64,000 nucleotides of DNA, taken from the IMG/VR virus record IMGVR_UViG_3300032267_001142, positions 32,001-96,000 of that record; one strand, written 5' to 3'. Of this stretch, positions 18,264 to 27,071 are shown in pieces (the first letter of the stretch is position 1; each line of letters starts with the position of its first letter). Origin of the DNA: a virus. Both the position numbers and the translations under genes were made by a program. The notes beneath the pieces were generated by a model that searched no databases, was not told the DNA's origin, and saw only the letters and a list, made by a program, of their open reading frames with translations.

Positions 18264-19052
18264 ATGAGCAATAAAGAGACAAAGGAAATGTATAAGTTCG
18301 TCTTCCCTCAGAAGACGATTATTGATGACAGAGAAGTCAAAGTCGACGAGTCTGGCAACGAAACGACAGTAATAACCAAAAAGCCGTCTTTTGTAGACCG
18401 CTCAATTAGACTGACCGTAGCTACTCGCCGCCAAATGGACGATGCTGAACTTTATTACAACGTGCTGGTAAGCAAGGGCATTCAGGCCGGTCTGATGAGC
18501 CGTCAGCTTTTGCAAAAGCGCTTTCTCGATGATGGTGGTCTTTTGGCAGAGGGGCAGAAATCCAAAGAGAAGTCCCTTTATGAATCCTTGAGCGAAAAAG
18601 AGTCGCAGTATTACTCTTTGCTCACGAAGCAGGACAAAACCCAAGAGGATACTGAGTCTCTCGCCAAGATTCAAAAAGAGCTGGCGCTGTTGAAGCATGA
18701 ACTTCAGTCTTGGGAGATGAGCAAGATGTCTATCTACGACATCACGGCGGAAAACCGAGCGCGCAACAAGACTATCCTCTGGTGGCTTTTTGAACTTAGC
18801 CAGATTAAGAATGATAAAGGCGAATGGGTGGCTCTATTTCCAGGAAAAACGACAGAAGAAAAATCAGACAAGTATCATTCACTCTTAGAGGGCGAGGGTT
18901 TAACTAAGGAAGACACGGAATTCTATCAAAACGTTATTTCTAAGTGTCTCATTTCTGTTTCCTATTGGTATTATGGCCGAGCCGAGTCGCAAGAGGATTT
19001 CGAGAAAGCTCAGCAAGAAATAGACAGGGACTCTAAGCTTCTTGCGGAGTAA
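18264..19052 (+). CDS. Tail assembly chaperone candidate 1
   Basis: Between tube and TMP; coiled coil, TAENRARN motif. Confidence 0.55.
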   Translation: MSNKETKEMYKFVFPQKTIIDDREVKVDESGNETTVITKKPSFVDRSIRLTVATRRQMDDAELYYNVLVSKGIQAGLMSRQLLQKRFLDDGGLLAEGQKSKEKSLYESLSEKESQYYSLLTKQDKTQEDTESLAKIQKELALLKHELQSWEMSKMSIYDITAENRARNKTILWWLFELSQIKNDKGEWVALFPGKTTEEKSDKYHSLLEGEGLTKEDTEFYQNVISKCLISVSYWYYGRAESQEDFEKAQQEIDRDSKLLAE

Positions 19053-19058
19053 AACAGG

Positions 19059-20066
19059 ATGAGCGAGACTTCAGCGAAGTCTATCGCTTTTTTGCGAAGG
19101 GTTTACTCTGAGATATTCTCTGGGTATACGCCTTTTATTGACCCGATAAGTGGAAATAGGGCGTTCATCCGTCACGTCTCTTCTTCGGAGCAGTCGGAGC
19201 TGGATGCCCGATACGAAGAGATTCTTGAAGACATCGTCTCTAAAGGCGTCCCGAATGAGGCGTCAGCACTTGCTATCGCTAAAGAGCGCGGTTTCTGGAA
19301 AGACTCTACTGACAAAGAGTTAGAAATAAAAAGAGAAGAGCTTCGTCAATTGAGGGATACGAAGAAGTGTCTGATTTTACCTTCTCAGATATGCAGCATC
19401 GACAAATCTATCGCTGATGCCGAAAGTTACATTCGGGGCGTCGAAATTGAGCGCGAGGAAGCTTTAGGTGTGACAGCGGAATCTCTTGCGATGGCTAGAT
19501 TGAATAACGTCTATATCCAACTAATGATGTTCTGCGACAAAAAGTTGGAAGTCCCGCTTTTTCCACCGGAAAGGTTCGATACGCTACAATATCGAGAGGT
19601 AACTAACGTGACGGCGGCATATAACGCCGCGATGTCTAAATTCGCGAACGTGAACATTAAGAATCTTTCGGTCGCCGCGTTTGTGCAAAATATGTTCAAT
19701 CTAGCTGGCAAGAAGCCATATTCTTTTTTCGGCAAAGCTATAGGCGGTCTGACCTTTTATCAAATAGAGTTGATGAATTATGTCGCTTATTTTTCTGCGC
19801 TTTTGTCTTCAGAAAACAGACCTCCTGACAGTATAATGGACGACCCAGAAAAAATCGTCAACTGGTATACTGCGGAAAAGAACAGTCGTGAAGCGCTTAA
19901 GTCTGGCAATGGGTCAGTGTCTATCGCCGGAGCGACTCAAGAAGATTTACAGCAATTGGGTGTCGCGAATAAAGTCGTAGATTTGGCAGCGATAGCCAAG
20001 AAAAAAGGCTCAACGGGCCTGACTATGGATGAGTTAATGTCTATTTCCCGTGGTGCGTCGTCATAA
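19059..20066 (+). CDS. Tail assembly chaperone candidate 2
   Basis: Directly upstream of TMP; helical; FFGKAIGGLTFYQ motif. Confidence 0.55.
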   Translation: MSETSAKSIAFLRRVYSEIFSGYTPFIDPISGNRAFIRHVSSSEQSELDARYEEILEDIVSKGVPNEASALAIAKERGFWKDSTDKELEIKREELRQLRDTKKCLILPSQICSIDKSIADAESYIRGVEIEREEALGVTAESLAMARLNNVYIQLMMFCDKKLEVPLFPPERFDTLQYREVTNVTAAYNAAMSKFANVNIKNLSVAAFVQNMFNLAGKKPYSFFGKAIGGLTFYQIELMNYVAYFSALLSSENRPPDSIMDDPEKIVNWYTAEKNSREALKSGNGSVSIAGATQEDLQQLGVANKVVDLAAIAKKKGSTGLTMDELMSISRGASS

Positions 20067-20070
20067 TAAG

Positions 20071-20077
20071 GTGTAAA
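20071..20077 (+). promoter_or_regulatory. Putative late promoter GTGTAAA (TMP)
   Basis: Intergenic, 32 nt from motif start to ATG 20103. Confidence 0.65.
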
Positions 20078-20102
20078 TAAGCTATAGGTATAAGGATTCG
20101 TC

Positions 20103-23100
20103 ATGCCAACTAGCGTTACTAACATACAGGCTAATTTAGACATGGTGCCAGTGAGCACCAAGGTCGACAACTATCTGTCCGGACTGGAGAGAAAGACTTA
20201 CAAAATCAAATTCGACGCTCAGCCGCTTGGTCACTTAAGCGGAAAAGCCTCCGAGTTTGAAAAGTCTCTCGAAGCTGCTAATGCGCGTGTCGTCGCGTTC
20301 GGTGCGTCGGCAAGCCTGATTGCTGGCGTAGGAACCGCCATGAAAGCGATGGTCAGGGAAGCCGTTCTCGTCGACAGAGAACTTACTGACATCAATGCTA
20401 TATTGCAGGCGTCTACCGGAAACCTCCAAAAGTTTGGTGATAGTCTGTTCGATATCGCAAAAAATACAGGCTCGTCCTTCTCTCAGGTTGCCGACGCCGC
20501 TAAGGAATTTGCTCGTCAAGGTCTTTCAATGGAGGAAACGTTGTCGAGAACGAACGGAGCGCTCGTCTTGACGCGTTTGTCGGGTTTGGAAGTCCAAGAC
20601 TCTGTAAAGGCTTTGACTGGAACTCTCAATACTTTCACGAAAGAGGCTCTAGGAGTTTGGGAAGTCGTGAACCGTCTCGCGAATGTTGACGCCGCTTTCG
20701 CCGTAAGCTCGGCTGACTTGGCCACAGCTATATCCCGCGTAGGTAACGTCGCTGAAGACTCGAAAATCAGTCTTAATGAACTTCTTGCTGCGGTTACCGC
20801 AGTTCAACAGAGAACTGCACGAGGCGGCGCGACTATCGGTGAAGCTTTCAAGACCATCTTTACTCGTCTTGAGCGTTCTGACACCATCGAGAAGCTTGGT
20901 CAGCTAGGTATCGCCACAAAGAACGTAGAAGGTCAGTTGCTTCCAGCAATGCAGGTGATGGAGACCCTTGCTGACAGGTTCTATACCCTTAGCGATTCTC
21001 AGCAGTCTTACATTGCCGAAGCGGTCGGTGGAGTTCGTCAGTTAAACATTCTGAAAGCTCTTCTCAAGGACTTGGGCTCGGAATATTCGATTTATAAAAG
21101 CTCCTTAGACGTAGCCAACAATACGACTAACGAGGCTACGACCAGAAATAACCTTCTCAATCAATCATTAGCCGCTCTTAAAAATAGGGCGTCGGTAGAT
21201 TTTTCTAAGTTTTCTGCGGCGACTCAGACAGCTTTCGCTCCCGCTTTGGAAAAGATATTTGGAGGATTTTCAGAAGTCGTCGCGGGCACGAATCTAGAAT
21301 CTAGTGGTAAGAGCATGGGAGACGCCATATTGAAAGGTCTGGGCTCAGTTATCTCGGGGCCGGTCTTGCAAGCCGTCACCGTTTTGGGTGTTAAATTCCT
21401 AGCTCAGTTTTCCGGTTTCGCGGCGAAGTCGTTGCAGCAGGTTCTTAATATCGGTAGCGTTTCTCGTAACGAGCTAGCCTTGCAGAAGGACATAAACGCC
21501 GTATTAGCTCAGACGCCTCACCTATATGACCAGATTCTTACAAAAGCTAAAAGTACTGTAGATGTTGTTCGTATTCTTTCCGAACACACAAAAGAACTAC
21601 AACTTGCAGGAGCGAGACAAACAAATATAGTAGGAGGCTCAGCCGCGCTACTCAACTCGTTAGGAGCTAAAGGCTCGTCTGAAGGAAATGGAAATTTTAA
21701 GCTAAAAGCTTCTGGATTCGTGCCTAATTTTGTAGACCCTATCGCGGCAATGGGGGAAGTCGCTAGTGCAAAACGCGCAGGGTATAACATATCACCTTCT
21801 GAGGTGCGCTCTATGCGGGCGCGTATTGACGGACGTAGCACTGAGGTTGTTTACAACACCCGCGAGACTGTAATCCCTAATTTTGCAGGGACCGGAGAAC
21901 CGGCGATAGTTCCTCCTAACGCGTCTATCTCTGACCTTATTAGCAGAAAATATGCCGCGAAAGGCGTCATGCCGGGCGGGCAAGAGCTAATTGGAAAAGG
22001 CTCATATCGCCGAGTATATACTCACGAAAAGGGAATAGAAAGCATTCCTCGTTCTGCTGAAGAGGTTTATCCTTCTGTTTCTAAGTTCATGACGCTGGAC
22101 GACGTTAGGGAGCTTATGGCCAGAGAAAGGCGTACGCGGCCAGCGTTGCAGAAGTCTATTGGAGACTTGGGCCTCGGACCAAAAGTATTCGATATTAGGG
22201 AAGACGGTTCTTATGTGGCCGAAAGAGTTTTGATGCCAAAGCTATCGGAGGCTTTAGCCGCAGGAACGATGACCAGTAAGGAAGCTTCTTCCATTCTGGA
22301 GAAAGCAAAGAAATCGCTAAAGGCCAAGGGTCTCGGAAATCTAAACGACGTAACATTTAATAATGTTGCCGGTAACGTAAACACGGGCAAGTTTTCTGTT
22401 TTAGATTTTGGTGGCGGGTTCGTCCCTAATTTTGCGAATTATTTTTCCGCGCCTACGAAGCGCTCAGAGCAACTGCCAGCCGATTTCCTTGAAAAGCTTC
22501 GTTTTCAAGGCCACATGCCTCGCGTTAGAATTCCCGCTAAAGATTTGGCGGTTTTTACGCCTGAGACTTTTAATTTCGGCATAGGTGATGGTTATGCTAG
22601 CCCTTTGGAGGCTGGGACTCAGCTTTACGGATACGGCAAAGAGGACATCGCTGAAAAACTAAGAGTTCCAACCGTGAACGGCGTGGCTTATGACGCCGGT
22701 ATTTCTGCTAGATACGGTAATCTAATGAAGGGTTTAGCTGGGCGAGGCGAGGCTGGAGCGGTGCTTCAGTCCATATTTGAAGACCAAGCTAAGAAAGGTA
22801 ACGACCGCATTATGCACGGTTTAGCTGTCGACGCTGGCGCGGTTTTCAGTTTGAAGACCGATGCCGGAAAGTCTCGTAGCTATCGCGATAACGGCCCCGA
22901 CAGTAGTGGCAAAACTTTTGAATCTGATTTCTTTAGGCAATATTTGAGTGGTTCACCTCTGCCGTCCTCAAACCAGCCGGTAGACGTCTCGGCAGCGAAT
23001 ATTGAAAAACTTAGGTCTGGAGATTTCAAAGCCTCATTGCCCTCTTGGATAACCCGTGGAGAATTAAAGATTTCGGCCTTTGAGTATTCTCAGCGCCGTG

Positions 23101-26100
23101 GCAAATCAACAGGAGCTTCTCCTAGCATCAGCCGTATCGTCGCTAATGAGCTTGTGTCGCGCCTCGACGAAGCCCTGCCAGCGATAATCTCTGACCCATC
23201 GGAGCTGAGAAGGGCTCTCAACGAAAAAACCAGAAAAGGAGAGACTTTCGGCTCAGTCCTGTCCAGAACTGCAAAATTGAACCCCGCCATATACAAGGGG
23301 CGCGGATTCGTTCCTAATTTTAGCTCCTCTCAAATTTCAGCGAGAGAGGCTATCGCGAGCGGTCTTACCTCTCAGATTCCTGGTCTCGGCGAAGCGATTT
23401 CTAGAGAAGTTTCTGGAACAGGCGTCTCTTTGGATGATACGAGAGTAAACCTCGGCGGACATTTGCCAGTTTCAGTAACAAACGTCAGAGACGAGGGACC
23501 ATTAGCTCTGCCTGAAATAGGCGCTGCCAGAGTTTCTAGAAGAGGCGGAAATCCTCGCTTAGCAGGAAGCGGAAAAGAGTATCTATCAAGAGGTTACGTT
23601 CCTAACTTTGCGACCGAAGACGACGAAGGTTTATTGATGCCTAGCAGCTCAAATCTGCCGGATAGAATTGTCGTTGTTGAGGTTAAAAATGCAAACGAGC
23701 TTGGACAAAAAATAGGCAATGCCGTAGCCGATGCAGACAAAAAGGCCAGCACTTCCGCTGGGACCGACACTAAAAATACGCCAACCGCTCCGAAGGTCGT
23801 CACTCCTCCTGTTTCAAGCTCCGAGAGCTTTCTTGACGGGGGAGACATAGCCCCGTCTAAGGACAAAGAGGAGGCTATAAGAAAAGACAAAGAAGATACT
23901 CGCAGAAATCAACTCGCCTTGGAGAGGGAGGGCGAAGCTTATCAAAAACGCAGGGAGTCCAAGGCTAAATGGGAGCAAAGGGCGATATACGGAAGCCTTG
24001 GCGTTTCGTTCTTAGGTGGCGCTATATCTAGTCAGTTTGGTGGAGATACTATCTCTGATAGAAAGACGGGCAGAAGAGTCGACGCCGCTGGAGAAGCCAT
24101 CTCTACTGGCTTAGGTGCATTTTCTGCAACAGGCAACGTTTACGTTGGAGCTGCTGCTGCGGTTGGTAGTTTGTTATTCAATTTAGGCAAACTAGGGACG
24201 ACTTTTGAGGACTTAGCAAAAGAGAGCGAAAAGCTTACCGCGAAGCATGCTGAAGTGACTCAGTCGCTTTCTGGGTTCTCGGTCGCGGTATCGCAGACTG
24301 ATGACTTAATCAAAGGCGGAGCCTCTAAGTCTGCTATTTTCCGAGCGCAGCAAGCTGAACAGGAGGCGTTCAATAGAACTCCGAAGGAATTACAGTCCAA
24401 GCTTCTCGCGGCGAATCGCGACCAAGAGACTCTCGCTAAAATACAAATAGACATAGCCAAAGAGCAAGAAAAAGAAGCTGCATTCGCAAATCTTTCTACC
24501 GTATCTAAAGGATATCAAGAAAAGGCTTACAAAAACCGAGGCTTTTTCGAGAGAGTGGGTTCAGGATTGGGACTTCCTTCGCTTGCTAACTTCGTCGCTG
24601 GAGCCACCGGCTTGAAGAAAACGGACGAGCTTAGTTCAAGTAACTACGATAAAGATGCTTATAAAGAAATCTCCGCCCTAATCCAAAAAACCGGCATTCT
24701 AGATAATCTCGACAACTCTCAACTGTCAGAATTGCGTGATAAACTAAAAGCCGCTCAATATACAAGTGCTAACGATTCTGCTTCGCTGACTCCTAATCAA
24801 AATACCCAAGCTAGAATTGCCGCTGTCGTAAAGCAACAAACTGGAGCGTCGTTGCCCGAAGAGTTTTCAGAGACCAATGGGACTATCGCCATCAAGGCGT
24901 TCTTGAGCGCCATCACTGGACAAGAAAATCTAAAGAGGTTTACTGACGCGCAGAAATCAGCTCAAGCTTTTTATATTTCGATTCGTTCGCTTTCTACCGC
25001 GTTTCAAGAATCGCAGAGGGCTACGTCAGCTTACGATAGCTTCGTGACTCAGAAAAGCTCTTCCGCCGCAGGTCTGGCTTTTGGCGGACTCCGTGGTATT
25101 GCGTCGTTAAACGAGCCATTTACATCTAGCGATTCAAAAATTCAAGAATCTTACAGAATTTCTAAAGCAGAAATCGAAACTTCAAGAAGTCTTGAACTCG
25201 AAAAAGCTCGTAACGAAGCAAGGGTTAACTTGAGTCAGGCAGTCTCTCCTCAAGTTATCGAGGAGGCGGTCTCAGGTAAGGGAGGAATAGCGTTTAAGGC
25301 CAACTTGAGGGAAGTTCTCGCGCAGGCGCAAACCGGAGACCCTTCTGTTATCGTCGCGAGACTATTATCATCTTTGGAGAATGCGAAAAATGGGAAAGCT
25401 GAAGGCGTTAGCGTAAGTGACTCCGCAGGAGCAGAACTCATAAGTACGCTCAAGACTTTACTATTCAATCAAAACTCGACAAAAGCCTCAATCAACGCGT
25501 CATTTAACGACAAATCTAACGATGCGTTTCAACAGGCCGGACTCGCTAGGACGGGAGCTGCGCTGGATTTCATAGGCAATCAGTTCAGGGGCTCTAAAGC
25601 CTTTTCGAGTGATGGTCAAGACATTTCGACTTCTTCTAAGGGATTTGCGGCGATACTAGAGGGAATAACGTTAACCAACGATAAGAGCGCGCAGAGACGT
25701 TTCAGACAGAGCTACAATAATCCCGTCGGCCCATTCGGTCCTGCGAGAGCTAATTTGGTATATGACGCCGAGCAAAAGAAGCTGCCGATATACGAAAACA
25801 TTGCGGCAGGAATCAAGGACGACGCCGCAAGCGGTCTTGGACCTACTCAGGAATTGGTTGATTTTCTAAACCGACAGGGTCGCTCGGCTGAAGCGGAAAA
25901 AGCCGCGAAAGGTCTTGCTCGAAATAGAGCCAGACTAGAAGGAGCTTACAGCGCGCAAGGCAAGAGCTTTCTGCAAAAAAACGGACTCGCTGATTTCGCT
26001 CAATTCAAAGACGCCATAAAAGGTGATGTCTTCGAGGGCTCATCTGGAGGTCGAGTTGATATATCTAGGACTTTGAATGATGTAGAAGCTGCCGTTAAGT

Positions 26101-27071
26101 CTACTGACTTCGGAAAAGCGCAAAGTCTTCTTTCGGGTTTGAGAACTTCTGCCAGCCCAATAGCCGCTAAGAAAATCGACGAATTTTCACAAAGAATCGG
26201 CGGTCTTAAGAGTCAGTCAGAATTACTGGGCGTCTCTGCGAATCTGCAAGCCGCTAAGGACTTGAAAGGCGGCGCTGGCCCACTTACAAATGATAAATAT
26301 TGGGAGGGCGTAATAAAGCTTTATGGCGCGTTGGTATCAAGGTTGACTTATTCGGAAAACCGCGAAGCGGTCGATACCGTAATGGGTTCTTCATTAGGCG
26401 CACTCAAAAATATTACATCTCTTGGGGCGAATCCCGCTGCAATTTTTACTTCTGGGGCTTTCAGCACCACGGGCGCAAAACTCAATAGCGAGGTTGAGGC
26501 TACTAGACTCTCATTGAGTGCCGCGATGGATAAGGCCACTCCTAAATTTGTAGACCCAAGACTGCCTCAGTATTCCGAAATTTATGCAGGACCGCAAAGA
26601 AGAGTGCAGGACGCTATAACTGCTTTACCTGCTGGCACTGGTGTCGATAAGAGCATGGTGGCCATCATGAGTGATGGTTACGGCGCTGACAGGGAGTCTA
26701 CCGATAGAAGGGTTTATGAGGACTTCGCTAGAATTCTGCGTGAAAATAACAAAGTCGGCTCGTTGCTAGGTTCGACTCCTACTAATGACATAGTGGGTAG
26801 CGTTATGAACGCGGTTAATGATGCGCTGCGTCGCGACGTAGGCAATCGTTACGAATCTGGGAATCTCGGCAAGGATATCAAGGTAAACACTGATGGGACA
26901 ATTACTCTCAACGCTTCTGTAAATATCAAAGCCGACGAGTCGGATGTAGCTCAGAGAGTTAAATCGGAATTCGATAAGGTGTTTGAAAATCTTCAGTATC
27001 AGATTCAACAAATCATCAATCAAACTGGGGCGGTAATTCCTCCTAGGTCGTTCAGTCAGCCTGTTCAATAA
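20103..27071 (+). CDS. Tail tape measure protein with internal enzyme-like cargo block
   Basis: 2322 aa; N-terminal TP901-type TMP core (DIAKNTGSSFSQVADAAKEFARQG...IGEAFKTIFTRL), Ala/Ser-rich helical C-terminal half, hydrophobic segments. Confidence 0.9.
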   Translation: MPTSVTNIQANLDMVPVSTKVDNYLSGLERKTYKIKFDAQPLGHLSGKASEFEKSLEAANARVVAFGASASLIAGVGTAMKAMVREAVLVDRELTDINAILQASTGNLQKFGDSLFDIAKNTGSSFSQVADAAKEFARQGLSMEETLSRTNGALVLTRLSGLEVQDSVKALTGTLNTFTKEALGVWEVVNRLANVDAAFAVSSADLATAISRVGNVAEDSKISLNELLAAVTAVQQRTARGGATIGEAFKTIFTRLERSDTIEKLGQLGIATKNVEGQLLPAMQVMETLADRFYTLSDSQQSYIAEAVGGVRQLNILKALLKDLGSEYSIYKSSLDVANNTTNEATTRNNLLNQSLAALKNRASVDFSKFSAATQTAFAPALEKIFGGFSEVVAGTNLESSGKSMGDAILKGLGSVISGPVLQAVTVLGVKFLAQFSGFAAKSLQQVLNIGSVSRNELALQKDINAVLAQTPHLYDQILTKAKSTVDVVRILSEHTKELQLAGARQTNIVGGSAALLNSLGAKGSSEGNGNFKLKASGFVPNFVDPIAAMGEVASAKRAGYNISPSEVRSMRARIDGRSTEVVYNTRETVIPNFAGTGEPAIVPPNASISDLISRKYAAKGVMPGGQELIGKGSYRRVYTHEKGIESIPRSAEEVYPSVSKFMTLDDVRELMARERRTRPALQKSIGDLGLGPKVFDIREDGSYVAERVLMPKLSEALAAGTMTSKEASSILEKAKKSLKAKGLGNLNDVTFNNVAGNVNTGKFSVLDFGGGFVPNFANYFSAPTKRSEQLPADFLEKLRFQGHMPRVRIPAKDLAVFTPETFNFGIGDGYASPLEAGTQLYGYGKEDIAEKLRVPTVNGVAYDAGISARYGNLMKGLAGRGEAGAVLQSIFEDQAKKGNDRIMHGLAVDAGAVFSLKTDAGKSRSYRDNGPDSSGKTFESDFFRQYLSGSPLPSSNQPVDVSAANIEKLRSGDFKASLPSWITRGELKISAFEYSQRRGKSTGASPSISRIVANELVSRLDEALPAIISDPSELRRALNEKTRKGETFGSVLSRTAKLNPAIYKGRGFVPNFSSSQISAREAIASGLTSQIPGLGEAISREVSGTGVSLDDTRVNLGGHLPVSVTNVRDEGPLALPEIGAARVSRRGGNPRLAGSGKEYLSRGYVPNFATEDDEGLLMPSSSNLPDRIVVVEVKNANELGQKIGNAVADADKKASTSAGTDTKNTPTAPKVVTPPVSSSESFLDGGDIAPSKDKEEAIRKDKEDTRRNQLALEREGEAYQKRRESKAKWEQRAIYGSLGVSFLGGAISSQFGGDTISDRKTGRRVDAAGEAISTGLGAFSATGNVYVGAAAAVGSLLFNLGKLGTTFEDLAKESEKLTAKHAEVTQSLSGFSVAVSQTDDLIKGGASKSAIFRAQQAEQEAFNRTPKELQSKLLAANRDQETLAKIQIDIAKEQEKEAAFANLSTVSKGYQEKAYKNRGFFERVGSGLGLPSLANFVAGATGLKKTDELSSSNYDKDAYKEISALIQKTGILDNLDNSQLSELRDKLKAAQYTSANDSASLTPNQNTQARIAAVVKQQTGASLPEEFSETNGTIAIKAFLSAITGQENLKRFTDAQKSAQAFYISIRSLSTAFQESQRATSAYDSFVTQKSSSAAGLAFGGLRGIASLNEPFTSSDSKIQESYRISKAEIETSRSLELEKARNEARVNLSQAVSPQVIEEAVSGKGGIAFKANLREVLAQAQTGDPSVIVARLLSSLENAKNGKAEGVSVSDSAGAELISTLKTLLFNQNSTKASINASFNDKSNDAFQQAGLARTGAALDFIGNQFRGSKAFSSDGQDISTSSKGFAAILEGITLTNDKSAQRRFRQSYNNPVGPFGPARANLVYDAEQKKLPIYENIAAGIKDDAASGLGPTQELVDFLNRQGRSAEAEKAAKGLARNRARLEGAYSAQGKSFLQKNGLADFAQFKDAIKGDVFEGSSGGRVDISRTLNDVEAAVKSTDFGKAQSLLSGLRTSASPIAAKKIDEFSQRIGGLKSQSELLGVSANLQAAKDLKGGAGPLTNDKYWEGVIKLYGALVSRLTYSENREAVDTVMGSSLGALKNITSLGANPAAIFTSGAFSTTGAKLNSEVEATRLSLSAAMDKATPKFVDPRLPQYSEIYAGPQRRVQDAITALPAGTGVDKSMVAIMSDGYGADRESTDRRVYEDFARILRENNKVGSLLGSTPTNDIVGSVMNAVNDALRRDVGNRYESGNLGKDIKVNTDGTITLNASVNIKADESDVAQRVKSEFDKVFENLQYQIQQIINQTGAVIPPRSFSQPVQ
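21714..23609 (+). repeat. Four G[FY]VPNF peptide repeats in TMP plus one degenerate VIPNF
   Basis: GFVPNF at 21714-21731, 22416-22433, 23304-23321; GYVPNF at 23592-23609; VIPNF at 21870-21884; codons differ between copies. Confidence 0.9.
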
